Assembly (NCBI GenBank): GCA_963780185.1
Contig: CAWABA010000006.1
Span: 64,001-128,000 of the forward strand
Direction: 5' to 3'
Source: Candidatus Bathyarchaeota archaeon
Lineage (GTDB): Archaea; Thermoproteota; Bathyarchaeia; Bathyarchaeales; Bathycorpusculaceae
DNA: 64,000 nt
Part shown: positions 51,750 through 62,863 of the stretch, piece after piece
Layout of the letters: every line of letters starts with the position of its first letter
Numbering within the stretch: position 1 is the stretch's first letter
Notes under the pieces: model-generated
Databases searched by the model: none
Told to the model about the DNA's origin: nothing
The model's input: only the letters and a program-made list of their open reading frames with translations
Translations under genes and position numbers: made by a program

Positions 51750-54311
51750 ATGAAACACGCCGTCTTACCGCGCCGAACCCGAATTAACCCGTTTTGCAGA
51801 AAAACCCGAACATTCCTTTTTGCCTTGTTAGCAATCTCATTTCTGTTGTTTCCTTTGATCGGCCCCTACGCGTTTGCGGCGACGCCTGACTGGACGCAGG
51901 TTGTGGATTCAAGCCCCAACGTTGCCTGGTACTCTTCAATCGCGCTTGATTCCCAAGGGTACACGCATATCGCTTACTGCGACCTCGCAAACAAGCAGAT
52001 CAAATACGCCGCCCAGTCGTCCATGGGCTGGGACCTCAAAGTGGTGGACTCAATCGGGAACAACACAGGCTACTCTTCGCTGGCTCTGGATTCAAGCGGG
52101 AACCCCCACATCGCCTACTTCGACCAAAGCCACGGCGAATTGAAGTACGCCAGCTCAAGCGGCTTAGGCTGGACTATTCAAATAGTTGATCATCTTGTTC
52201 TCTGCAACTTCTGCTCCCTCAAGCTGGACCAAACAGGCAACCCACACATCGCCTACCAAGACTCCCAAAATTACCAACTAAAATACGCCAGCTGGACAGG
52301 CACCCAATGGAGCATCCAAACGGTTGATTCGCAGGGAGCCGTGGGTTTCTTCAGCTCTTTGGCGTTGGATCAAAGCGGCAACCCCAGAATAAGCTATTGC
52401 GCCGCGCAAGTCGGCAGCTCACCGTCAAGCAGCATCCTCAAGTTCGCCTCATGGAACGGCTCATGCTGGGACATGGAGACCGTTGATGCGAACCAAGGCG
52501 TTGGTCTATACGATTCCCTTATGCTGGATTCAAATGGGCACGCTTGCATCAGCTATTATGACGGATTGAACGGCTGCTTGAAGTATTCGCATCAAGCCAA
52601 CAACTCTTGGAATGTTCAAGTCGTCGATAATCAAGGAAACACAGGAAATGTCGGCTTAAACACATGCCTCGCATTGGACTCGCAGAACAACCCGCACATT
52701 GCGTATGGCGACCTGAAGAACAGGGATGTGAAATACGCCTATTTCAACGGCTCTTGCTGGCTTTCGCAGGCGGCTTGCCCGGGAGGAGAAATTGCCAGCG
52801 CTCCATCCCTTGCGTTGAGCCCTCAAGGTTACCCGAGGATAAGCTATTGTGGCGGGCAGGATAGGGAACTGAAGGATGCAGCTGTCGACGCAACATTGTT
52901 CCCGACTCCCGTGGCAATCACGTTTCTCAGTCTGCCAACGCAGATGCCTCAACCCAATGGAATATACGTTGTTGAATCTTCAGCAGCCAACTCAGGCGAA
53001 TGCTCCGCTATCGCCGTTGACGCAAACGACACACCTCACATAGCTTACATAGACATGTACGCACCATACGGACCCTCCAACATCATCCTGAGATACGCGA
53101 GTTGGACAGGAAAAGATTGGAGTCTCCAAACAGTTCAAAACGGAATCTACGGAGCCGTGCCCTCGGTTGCAATGGATTCGCAGGGAAGCCCTCACGTCGT
53201 CTACAGAAACCAATCGGGAACAATTGATTACTCTGTGGGGACGACTCAAAGCTGGAACATTGTGCCCGTCGTTTCGCCATCGTATCTTGCAAGCTTCAAC
53301 TCGCTTGTCCTCGACTCAAACGGCAACGTCAAAATGAGCTTAGCGGAAACAGCAAACGAGTCACTTCAATACGTCACCTATACGAATCAGGGCTGGACAA
53401 CGCAGACTGTTGACAACACCGGGACGCAAGTCGCATACAATTCACTTGCGTTGGATTCCCAAGGCAACCCGCAAATCGCCTACCTTGAAATGCAACCGAT
53501 CCAAGAGTTGAAATATGCTTGCTGGAATGGATCGGCATGGGTAATCAACGTTGTTGATGTCGGTTCAAAAACAGGTATGATTCCGTCAATCGGAATCGAC
53601 TCAACTGGAAAAGTGTACATAGTCTACTTCGGTCTTACTGTGGGGACCCAAAACGATTTCCTTAAATGCGCCACTTTGACGGCTTCGGGGTGGAACATAA
53701 CGACCGTTGATTCAGGAATAGGCGTCGGCTTAGGCAGCTCGATGGCCTTGGATAGCCACGGGTACCCTCACATAAGCTACTACAACGCAGGGGACGGCGA
53801 ATTGCGGTACGCATGGTGGAACGGCACGGCATGGAACATCAAAATCGCCGACAGTCAACTAGGCAGCAACCTGCAATACACTTCGATAAAGATGGATTCC
53901 AAAGACAACGCACACATAAGCTACTATGACAGCGTCAACAAGACCCTGAAATACGCCTATATAACAAACCCCAACTTGCTAAACTCCACGCAAAACTCGC
54001 AGCTCACGCCGTCTTCGACCCCATCGCCGACAGCCACACCTTCGCCCACACCCAGCGCCACAACCCAATCTACCAACCACACCTCTTCAGGTCAAGCTGT
54101 CTCTTCCTCAACTCTCTTAATGCCCTGGTATCCGTCGTCTAACGCGCAAGTTTTCCCAGCACCGTCAACAACGCCTCAGCACCCAACTCAACCCGCGAAA
54201 ACTATGAAGATAGCCGACGTCAATTCGTTAATTGAAGAGGTTATTGCGATACCGTCGGTCATAATGGTGACGCTATTCGCAGTGAAAAGAAAGTACTTCG
54301 AGAACGAGTAG
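51750..54311 (+). CDS. Surface-anchored beta-propeller repeat protein
   Basis: Signal peptide, about 14 repeats of S(L/I)ALDSxGxPHI(A/S)Y...LKYA, a P/S/T linker and a C-terminal TM helix. Confidence 0.85.
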   Translation: MKHAVLPRRTRINPFCRKTRTFLFALLAISFLLFPLIGPYAFAATPDWTQVVDSSPNVAWYSSIALDSQGYTHIAYCDLANKQIKYAAQSSMGWDLKVVDSIGNNTGYSSLALDSSGNPHIAYFDQSHGELKYASSSGLGWTIQIVDHLVLCNFCSLKLDQTGNPHIAYQDSQNYQLKYASWTGTQWSIQTVDSQGAVGFFSSLALDQSGNPRISYCAAQVGSSPSSSILKFASWNGSCWDMETVDANQGVGLYDSLMLDSNGHACISYYDGLNGCLKYSHQANNSWNVQVVDNQGNTGNVGLNTCLALDSQNNPHIAYGDLKNRDVKYAYFNGSCWLSQAACPGGEIASAPSLALSPQGYPRISYCGGQDRELKDAAVDATLFPTPVAITFLSLPTQMPQPNGIYVVESSAANSGECSAIAVDANDTPHIAYIDMYAPYGPSNIILRYASWTGKDWSLQTVQNGIYGAVPSVAMDSQGSPHVVYRNQSGTIDYSVGTTQSWNIVPVVSPSYLASFNSLVLDSNGNVKMSLAETANESLQYVTYTNQGWTTQTVDNTGTQVAYNSLALDSQGNPQIAYLEMQPIQELKYACWNGSAWVINVVDVGSKTGMIPSIGIDSTGKVYIVYFGLTVGTQNDFLKCATLTASGWNITTVDSGIGVGLGSSMALDSHGYPHISYYNAGDGELRYAWWNGTAWNIKIADSQLGSNLQYTSIKMDSKDNAHISYYDSVNKTLKYAYITNPNLLNSTQNSQLTPSSTPSPTATPSPTPSATTQSTNHTSSGQAVSSSTLLMPWYPSSNAQVFPAPSTTPQHPTQPAKTMKIADVNSLIEEVIAIPSVIMVTLFAVKRKYFENE

Positions 54312-54351
54312 CGTGTTTCCCCGCTTTTTCAGATGCCCAAGATTGTGGGTT

Positions 54352-54564
54352 TTAGCAGTCGTTTTTTTCTGCTATTGCTTTGGCTAAGGTATAGGTTATG
54401 TAGCCTGAGAAGCTTGAGACGCCTTTGACTGCGTAGTCTTTTTTGTGTGCAGTCCAGTTGGCGTAGTAGTGGTCGTAGACTTCAGCTTTAATTGTAATGC
54501 ATTTGTAGCCTTGTCTTGGCGTTTTGTTTCCCTCTTTGCCCTTTAGCGTTAACTGTGCGTACAT
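54352..54564 (-). CDS. Small RHH-like DNA-binding protein
   Basis: PRQGYKCITIKAEVYD...GVSSFSGYITYTL strand-helix-helix pattern. Start is uncertain. Confidence 0.55.
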   Translation of the reverse strand: MYAQLTLKGKEGNKTPRQGYKCITIKAEVYDHYYANWTAHKKDYAVKGVSSFSGYITYTLAKAIAEKNDC

Positions 54565-54678
54565 TATTTAAGGTTATGTATGTTGAGATGGGAAAGCGAG
54601 GGGTTTTTGGACGGTTGGTTTTTCACGTAAAGCTAATTAACGACGTACTGTATTGTACGGTACCAAGCAAGGGCAAAC

Positions 54679-54864
54679 ATGAAAACCAAACCAAAACAAG
54701 CAAAAAACAAAAAAATTAAAATCAACACCGAAGTCTACGACAAAATAAAGCGACAAGCAGACAAAGCCGCCCAGTCAATCGACGAATACGCCGAAAAACT
54801 ACTCAGCAGCCACAAAGAAAACGGAGACGGGGCGAAAGAGAACAACGACGCTGATTCTTCTTGA
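54679..54864 (+). CDS. Small RHH/CopG-like protein
   Basis: KIKINTEVYDKIKRQA...SIDEYAEKLL. Confidence 0.6.
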   Translation: MKTKPKQAKNKKIKINTEVYDKIKRQADKAAQSIDEYAEKLLSSHKENGDGAKENNDADSS

Positions 54865-55036
54865 TTTTAACTTTCGCGTCGCACTTGCCAGGTTTCTCTG
54901 CGACAACTGCGGCTCAATAATACTCGAAAAAATCGTTCCCGTAGAGGAATGCCGAGAGGCGTGCGAAAAAAAGATTTTGTGCCACAAATGCAGAAGCCTA
55001 ACCCAAAACTACTCAGGCACATCCGTTAACTCCTGA
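54851..55036 (+). CDS. Possible zinc-ribbon protein (no canonical start seen)
   Basis: Open frame LILLDFNFRVALARFLCDNCG...ILCHKCRS to TGA at 55036. Confidence 0.4.
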   Translation: MILLDFNFRVALARFLCDNCGSIILEKIVPVEECREACEKKILCHKCRSLTQNYSGTSVNS

Positions 55037-55445
55037 ATAATCTTGGGATGGATCAAATTGAGTTTTCTTGCCGCTTCCTAAGGCAACTTGCTGGCGACTC
55101 ACGTTATAAACCAGAAAAGCAACCCAAAACAAGCCCTCACCAGAAGCCTCCGACGGAGGGGAGGGGGGTCTAGGTATTTACATCAAAAATCAAATGTAAA
55201 TATGGGTCGGCAAAGACCAAGGGAGAGGTCTAGTATTTGTGGCAGAAAACCATCACAAAAATGGTAGGCATACCGCAGAGGGGCTGTGCCCGTGGAAATT
55301 TAGGCGTTGGGGGAAAAGGAGCCCAGCGTAAACGGGCATTTTTGCTTTGGAAAATGGGGGTATAATTTGGGGTTAATTTTGAAAAAGTTTAATAACTGTT
55401 TTATGGAGATGTTGGTTCGTTAGGAATCATCGTGTTGGGTGAGAG

Positions 55446-56435
55446 ATGTTGAAGAAATTTGTTGCAGCCTTAGTCCTTGTTATCTTGGTTATCGGCGCGT
55501 TTGCTGCTTTGTCAGCGCCACATGTGAGAGCGCAAACTACTCAAGCAACTCTTCTTAGCTACAGCTGGTACACTTCGCCCGCTACATCCCAAACTCTAGC
55601 AAAGTACTATGGCGATTTAGTCGCGGTAGGCGAAGTCCAAAATACTGGAACAACCGCTCTGCAGACGGTCTCAATCAGCGGCGACGCCTACAATTCAACT
55701 GGCGATGACGTCTGCTCATCCTGGACAACGCTCATAGGAGTCCCTGAACTGCTTCCAGGCCAAAAAGCACCCTTCTACATTGACTTTACTCCGGAGCAAA
55801 GCCTAACCTTAGACCAAGCATGGGTACCAACAGTCACCAACGTAACCCTTCACATGGGCGCCCAGATTGCTACAAATGCAACTCTGTACTCCGGTTTGAC
55901 AATTCCCGCGGGATCAGTCCATAATTTCCTCAATAGCGGCGTATACACAATCACGGGAACCGTTACAAACAGCGGCGCCCAAACAGTCGGCAATGTTTGG
56001 GTTTTTGTGACGTATTATAATTCTGCAGGCACCGTTATCGGTATGAACTGCACAGACTTCTTAGATACATCCGGCTCGCTTACTGCAGGCAACGCCGTAA
56101 CATTCACCGCTACACCCACAGACAACACAGCCAACCTGTCCAACCAAATAGCCAACTACTCACTGCTGGTTGAATACACGCCTTACTCGGCGCCTTCCGC
56201 CACTCCAACACCGAATAGTCAAACTACACCTACGCCTACGCCGACACCGACTTCCTCGTCACCTGCAAACAACTCGCCGGGTCAAGTAAACTCTCTATGG
56301 ATGTATGTTGCAGTCGCTGCCGTCGTGATTGTTGTAGCCGCCCTAATCGCCTTAACGATGCTTAGAAGCAACCGAAAACAAGGCAAGTTAGCGCCTCCAC
56401 CACCTCCGCCGCCGCCACCTCCGCCTCCACCATAA
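55446..56435 (+). CDS. Surface protein with two Ig-like (FxLYD-type) domains, TM helix and poly-Pro tail
   Basis: VGEVQNTG...AYNSTG and TGTVTNSG...YYNSAG repeats, P/T linker, TM helix and 13 terminal Pro. Confidence 0.8.
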   Translation: MLKKFVAALVLVILVIGAFAALSAPHVRAQTTQATLLSYSWYTSPATSQTLAKYYGDLVAVGEVQNTGTTALQTVSISGDAYNSTGDDVCSSWTTLIGVPELLPGQKAPFYIDFTPEQSLTLDQAWVPTVTNVTLHMGAQIATNATLYSGLTIPAGSVHNFLNSGVYTITGTVTNSGAQTVGNVWVFVTYYNSAGTVIGMNCTDFLDTSGSLTAGNAVTFTATPTDNTANLSNQIANYSLLVEYTPYSAPSATPTPNSQTTPTPTPTPTSSSPANNSPGQVNSLWMYVAVAAVVIVVAALIALTMLRSNRKQGKLAPPPPPPPPPPPPP

Positions 56436-56501
56436 ACCTTCTTGTTTTTAAGAAAATAACTTTATCAAACACTTAATCGACGCAACGGGTTGGTTGCTGA
56501 T

Positions 56502-57689
56502 TCAACTCATTCTTGTGTGTATTTCCACGATGTCGCCGTCTTCTAAAACGAAGCCTAACCCAACCTTTTTCGGGCTGAAAGGCAAACGCTTCGCCCACAC
56601 CATCGCGAACATGAAGTTCTGCACAAACTCCTTATGAATGTTCTTCGCCAAGTCGTTGATCGTTGCGCCTGCCTTAAGAACAAACGGGTGACCCGTATCT
56701 TCCCTGGAGCCAGGCTCCTTAGTGTAAACCCGAACAACCTTCAAACTTTTGAGGAGCGCCTGCCCCAAATCGTTGATGCCTGTTTTTTCTTCGCATGACA
56801 TCGCAACAACCGGCAACCTGCCATTCACATACTGTTTTAAACGACGAAGATTCGCTGGTGCAACCTTCAAATCCAACTTGTTCGCCACAATCACCGCCGG
56901 CTTATACGTCGTGGTCTCAAAAATGGCGTCCTCTATATCGTCAAGCCGTACTTCACCGCTTATTCTCACTATGGCGTCGTTTAGTTTGTAGCTGCGAAGC
57001 AAATCTTCAACTTCTTGCATGCTGCAATCCAAAAGCTTGCCCACAAGAATAACCCTCAAAGCAGCCCCAGCGTGGCGACGGTCAATATCCACTTTTCCGC
57101 TGGGCTTGCTTACGAGTACGCGGCTTTTCTCCAGCTCAGCCAAAACCAGATCCAGCTGCTCAATTGGGTCTTGGGACAAGTCAACCATCAAAATCACGCC
57201 GTCGGCGTTCCGCGCTAAGCCAAGCGTCACATGACCTGCTGCACGCCCACCTGCGCTGCCCTCTATCACTGCGGGTGCTTCAACAATCTGGAACTGTACA
57301 TCCAAAAAATTCATGATGCCTGGCACTGGTTCATGGGTGCTGAAAGGCGTGGGGGTAACCACTACTTTGGAGTTTGTTGTGGCACTCATCAGGCAGCTCT
57401 TGCCCACGTTTGTCATGCCGATGAGTGCTATCTGCGCTGAACCTTCTTTTTCTACAAAAAGCTTCGGTCCGCCGCTGCTTTTGCCTGTGCCCATGCGTTT
57501 CTTCTTGTCCAAATCCGCGCGGATAAGGGAAATTTTGCGGTTCATTTCGCCGCGCAGTTTCATGGTGCCTTTGTGGTGTGGAACATACTTTAGGAACTCA
57601 ATCATAGCATCCATTTTTTCTTTAGGCGTATGAGCAGCTTCAACCAGCTCCCACTTATCCAACGCTTCAGGCGGCAAATTATTCGGCAT
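56502..57689 (-). CDS. DRG/OBG-family GTP-binding protein with TGS domain
   Basis: MPNNLPPEA start, PHHKGT, GMTNVGKS, NKLD, RVYTK, LEDGDIVEIH. Confidence 0.9.
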   Translation of the reverse strand: MPNNLPPEALDKWELVEAAHTPKEKMDAMIEFLKYVPHHKGTMKLRGEMNRKISLIRADLDKKKRMGTGKSSGGPKLFVEKEGSAQIALIGMTNVGKSCLMSATTNSKVVVTPTPFSTHEPVPGIMNFLDVQFQIVEAPAVIEGSAGGRAAGHVTLGLARNADGVILMVDLSQDPIEQLDLVLAELEKSRVLVSKPSGKVDIDRRHAGAALRVILVGKLLDCSMQEVEDLLRSYKLNDAIVRISGEVRLDDIEDAIFETTTYKPAVIVANKLDLKVAPANLRRLKQYVNGRLPVVAMSCEEKTGINDLGQALLKSLKVVRVYTKEPGSREDTGHPFVLKAGATINDLAKNIHKEFVQNFMFAMVWAKRLPFSPKKVGLGFVLEDGDIVEIHTRMS

Positions 57690-57854
57690 ACAAACTTCGC
57701 AGATACTATTCTGCAAGTCAACTTTAAGACTATTTCTCATACCAAGAATAAATCGTGAATAAAATTCTAATTGAATAACAAAAAATATAGCTGACTTCAA
57801 CCGTATTGGCTGTTTGAGTGCATAATTTGATAGATTGGGCAAAGCTAACTACTA

Positions 57855-60800
57855 ATGCAAAATAACAAATGGAGGAGCTTTGAGGAGTTTTGTTATCAAG
57901 GAGCTGAAAGGCTCTATGAAAAAAGTGGCATTCTCACTTCCATTGATGATAGCGGAGGCGGCGATGGTGTTGAGTTTTATTTAACGTTGCCAAATGGCGA
58001 CGAATGGGGTTGGCAGGCGAAGTTCTTTTATCCATATAAACGCCTAAAAGTTTTCAAGTAGAAAAGCACAAATTACAAAATCGCTTGAAACTTCTATAAA
58101 AAATCATCCAAAGTTAAAAAGATGGATTTTATGTACGCCCTAGAATTTAAGATCCGTCTGAGTAAAAATGGTTTAATCAGTTAAGTGAAATAATAAGGCA
58201 AGATCACCCAAATATTATTTTGGAGCATTGGGGTGATCGTAAATTCAATAGTTTTCTCAGCCGATCATTATTCTTGGGAATTAGGAACATGTTCTTTGGT
58301 GAGCTTGAGCTTGATATCAACTGGTTTAAGAATCAAGTTAATAATCAAATAAGGTCTGAGCCGTGGGGAATAAGTTCATACCTGATCTCCATGTCGAAAC
58401 CGACGCAGATTTTTACATTCGCAGCCTTTTAGAAGTCTAGCGCTACAAAGAAGAAATTAGTAAAACAAAACGAAAAGCTTGAGTCATTCATCAAAGACTT
58501 TCAAAAAGGAATCGATAATTTAAGGCAGTCAGATAAGCGGCTTGATTACACAGAAATTCGAACGAAATTGGTCGATTACTCGATCAAATAAATGGTTTTT
58601 TAAAAGTAAAGACTAAACGATTTAGTCAAGAATTTGATTAACCGTTCCTCTAGATCAACAAAGATTAGATTATGAAGCGAACTTGGACACAATCGAACAA
58701 GAACTGAAGCCCGTAACGGTAAATACCTGGAATTGCTCGAAAAATTCAAACCTGAAAACTTCATTTCTGCCAAGGAGCCCGATCGGGCATTTCTTATCAG
58801 GACTGCTACACGAGTAAGCAGTTATCCTGCTAACATAGCAGAAGAATTCGTTAAGTTAATTCACGAAATTGACTATAACCTTCAAAAATTAACGAAATCA
58901 TTCTTAAATATATTCGGAAAGGCCGGATTCGGAAAAACGCATCTAAGCCTGCCACGTTTGTCAAAGTCGTGTTGAAGGTGATTCGCCTGCTATTTTACTA
59001 ATGGGGAAACATTTTTCCGTAATTCACCCATAGAAACGCAAATATTGCAGATGCTAGATGTCCCTCCTGCTTATTCCTGAATGATTTCACGGAAACCCTT
59101 CAATCTTTTGCCAAAGTGCACAAAACCAAGGTGCCCATAATAATAGATGCGTTGGATGAAGCAAAATCGGTGGATATATTGGAGGAATGGTATACAAGGC
59201 TTCACGGATAAATTCGTGTCCATGGCCAACATAATCCTAATTACTACTTGTAGAAGAGAGCTTATCAACATGAAATCTGGCAATCAGACGATTTTATTAA
59301 TGATTTTTTCTTCATGTAGAGAGTTTCGATGACAATCTAACCGAGCAAGCTGTTGAAAAGTATTTTAAATTTTACAAAATTAAAAACGAGTTTACGGGAA
59401 ACTCTAAAGAACGCAGTTTGCTAACCCTTTATTTTTACGGATTTTTTGCGAAGGTCAGAACCACGATAGACTGATGGAAAAGCGCGTCTACATGGGGCAA
59501 CAGACATTGCTCCAAGTTTTCGAACAATATCTCGATCAGGTTAACAAGAGAGTCTGCTCTAAACTTTCAAAATATGGTGATATGCCAGATTGAAAACTCA
59601 CTCAAAAAGCTGGGACGCAGGCTGTGGGAGAGTAGACAAGCATACCTTTTTTTATTTTTAAGAGTGACCCAAATAGTTGACTCCAAAAACATAGAAGAAC
59701 TTGTTGCAACGCTCTTTAACTTATGCTTTAATAGACGAAGGTTTGCTAACTAAAGATTATACTGAAGAAAGAGACATAATTTCTTTTGCATACAACCTAA
59801 TGGGCGGATATATAATTGCAACTGAGCTATTATCTTCGTTATCAGCCGGATCAAATAGGCTGTTTTGTGATTTCAGCAGTTTGTAGAGAACTTGTTAAGC
59901 AACGATTTTTTCGAAACTACACCCATTGAATGAAGACATTCTTAAATGCACCGCTTGATTGACGCCTTCAATTTTCGGTAAGTACTTGCATGAGCTTTCA
60001 ACAAATGAAACGGCATTTAGTTCCTCTATTGAAGCTTTATTCGAAATTTCACCCTCTTTTGTGAATGATTCGGCTAAACGATTAATAACTAAGCTTTTTA
60101 CTAAAAAGGAAAATCGACTGCCGCTCTTACAACATGCAACTGAATACGATGCGTCAGATTGGTCATCCATTAAACATAGATTTTTGGATAAAAATTTTAA
60201 GATCCCTACCCATGGCTGAACGAGACTTATGCTGGACGAGAAAGCCTTAGGCAAAATTCGACAAAGTATCTAAAGGACCTTGTGAAATTTGAGGAAAGTT
60301 GTAAAGCTCCGACATTTCACTAATTGATGAGGAAATGCTACTATTACAGGCAAAGTATTACCAATGGCTGCTTACTTCAACGGTTAGGGATCTAAAAGAC
60401 ACCGGCCTACAAGGGGTCTTTATTGGTATGGCCGTCGTTTTCCAGAAACATTCTTCCAACTGAGCGACTAAGTTCCCTGAAATAAATGATCCTTATGTTC
60501 CTGAACGAATGCTTGCCGCATCTTACGGAATTTCAATGGCATGTCAAAATGACTTTGCAAATCCTAATTTTAGGCAAGAAATCTTGCCTAAACAAGCTCT
60601 CTGCATATATGCTCAAATGTTTGGAAAAAATGCGCTTTACGCAACAACTCATATCCTATCAAGGGATTATGCCAAACGCTTCATTCATATCCCCTAATTC
60701 ACCACCCTCATATTCTGAATACAAATGAAAAAACAAAAGTTACGCCTCCATTTAAGGAGGGCGGGATCAGACAATGGGGTGCATGTGATGAAAAAGATAA

Positions 60801-62204
60801 GGCTCAATACCATGATGGAAGCGCACCTATTCAGATGGATTTTGGTAACTATACGATAGGTAGTCTGGTACCTAAACGGGGCAATTATGATTACGATAAT
60901 CCTGAATACAAAAAGGTCTATGCTAATATCATTTGGAGATTATATGACTTAGGCTATGACCATAGTTTGTTTGAGGCTATCGATAGACAAATCGCTTGGT
61001 ATCATTCTATACCCCGAGATGATGGCGTTGGAAAGGTTGAACGATACGGTAAAAAGTACTCTTGGATCGCTTTCTTTGAGATCGCCGGTTATCGCCAAGA
61101 TAACCTTCAATTGCCTGAACAATGTATAGATGAAGGGCGGATTCCCGAAGCGGATATTGACCCTAGCTTTCCAGAGGCCCCACTGAATAACAAAATAGTT
61201 GAGATCGATTATTTGGGCGATAGATCCATCGACTTATCAAAATGGATTGAGAGCGGCGATGGTGCCGTTGATATTTCTCCATACATAGTACTTGAAAAAA
61301 TCAACGGTACAAAAGGTCCGTGGGTGCTGATAGATGGTGATATTAATCAAGAAGACCTTAACTGCAAAAGAGCTTGTTTTATTCTAATTCAAGGTTTTTT
61401 GGTCAAAAGAAAAGATGCCAAAAAAATTGTCTATTGTCTGAATGAGCAACCAGACTTTAGGCAGTCTTTACCCCAAAGATTCTCCACTCCTAGTGATCAT
61501 TACGCTTACGCTGGGGAAATCCCTTGGTGTGAAACTTTTCACTATAATGAATTTGAAACAATGAATTTTATCGTTGGAAGGACGAAAAACCGGTTAAGGT
61601 TACGAAAGTCGCCAGATTGCCCGATGGGTCCTTACTGTCCAAGGAACAGCTACTCAATCTATTGATCACTAAACTAGTAGACAAAAGTTCCGATGCAGCA
61701 ATTGATGATTTCTTAGTAACCAATAAAATTGAGTTGATTGATAAGACAGCTTACGAATTTCAGGAAGTCTGCAAAAAAGTCTCTGTTAGTTACCTCATAC
61801 CCATTAGGACTTATGCATGGGAAAGCTATCATAGCAGTATAAATAACGCGTGCTCAGCAGACGTACCTGCAAAACAACTAACTGACGCATTCAAGCTCAC
61901 TTCCCAACCCCAAACATTCAACTTGTTTGAAGCAAATGGCAAACTGGCTTCCATATCAATAAAATGGGGTGAACTGTATGGCAACCGGCATTACTTGACC
62001 TACCTACGCCAAGACCTGCTCGAAGCATATATGAACGAAAATAACATAGACTTAGTGTGGGCAATATGGGGTGAACGGCAATTTAAGACAGAGCCAATTG
62101 AAGCAGTGATGGAATATAGTAAAGAACATACGGGATACGCAATTTTCAGTGATTTTAAAATTTATACCCAGATGGTTGGCCTAAAGGCAGACCAAATAGC
62201 TTGA
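57855..62204 (+). pseudogene. Avs-like STAND NTPase with N-terminal nuclease-like domain, heavily frameshifted (true decay or assembly error)
   Basis: FEEFCYQ...GGDGVE...WGWQAKFF, Walker A GKAGFGKTHL, Walker B IIIDALDE, NDPYVPERMLAASYG, DFGNYTI...ERYGKKYSWIAFFE and LVWAIWGERQ occur in colinear fragments. Confidence 0.7.
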
Positions 62205-62557
62205 TTTAAATATTCTTTTTCGTTGTATCTTTCACCCTTCATTTAAAACAAAGATTCAGACGTTAAAAAAGACAACCCAAAACAACCGTACCTATGGACA
62301 GAGGTGTAGATGCCTAATTTTGTTGCAGAATTAATCACCAAAAATGTTAACCTGACATGGCTTCAGGCGGCAGATAAGTAGACATGCGAACTTTGTAAAT
62401 AGTATCTTGTAAGCCAACTTAAAGACTATTTCCAGTCAAGCCCACCAAATTCAGGGAAACCGAAAAAAATACCTATCCTCATACAGTGGCGGCCAACCAG
62501 CCTGCCCTCAAAAGTAGCAACCTACAAAAATCTTCAAGCCCTAAAGCCTGCGCTGAG

Positions 62558-62735
62558 AAAGTCGCAGCGCCCATACGCGACAATAACTTCAACATAGTAT
62601 CAACATCGAAAGTCGCATTCCGCCCATAGCAAAGTCGCAATGTTCAAACAGTCCAAGCCTAAACCAAAAAAACAACCCAAAACACAAAGACCTAAAGCGG
62701 AAAGTCGCAACTTTCACCAAACCAAAAGTCTCAAC
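62558..62735. repeat. Dispersed intergenic repeat with AAAGTCGCA motifs, copy 2
   Basis: AAAGTCGCA at 62558, 62609, 62631 and 62701, with a variant at 62725. Colinear with 22204..22351. Confidence 0.85.
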
Positions 62736-62863
62736 TTAAATTTTTCAGGAAAAAACAAACCCAAAAAACCGGCAACGTTCGGTTTGCGCCTAGTTGTCAT
62801 TTGGGTGCAACCACAAATTCATATTAGCCACCTTAAGCTGCTAAGAAGTGTTTTTGCTTCAAG

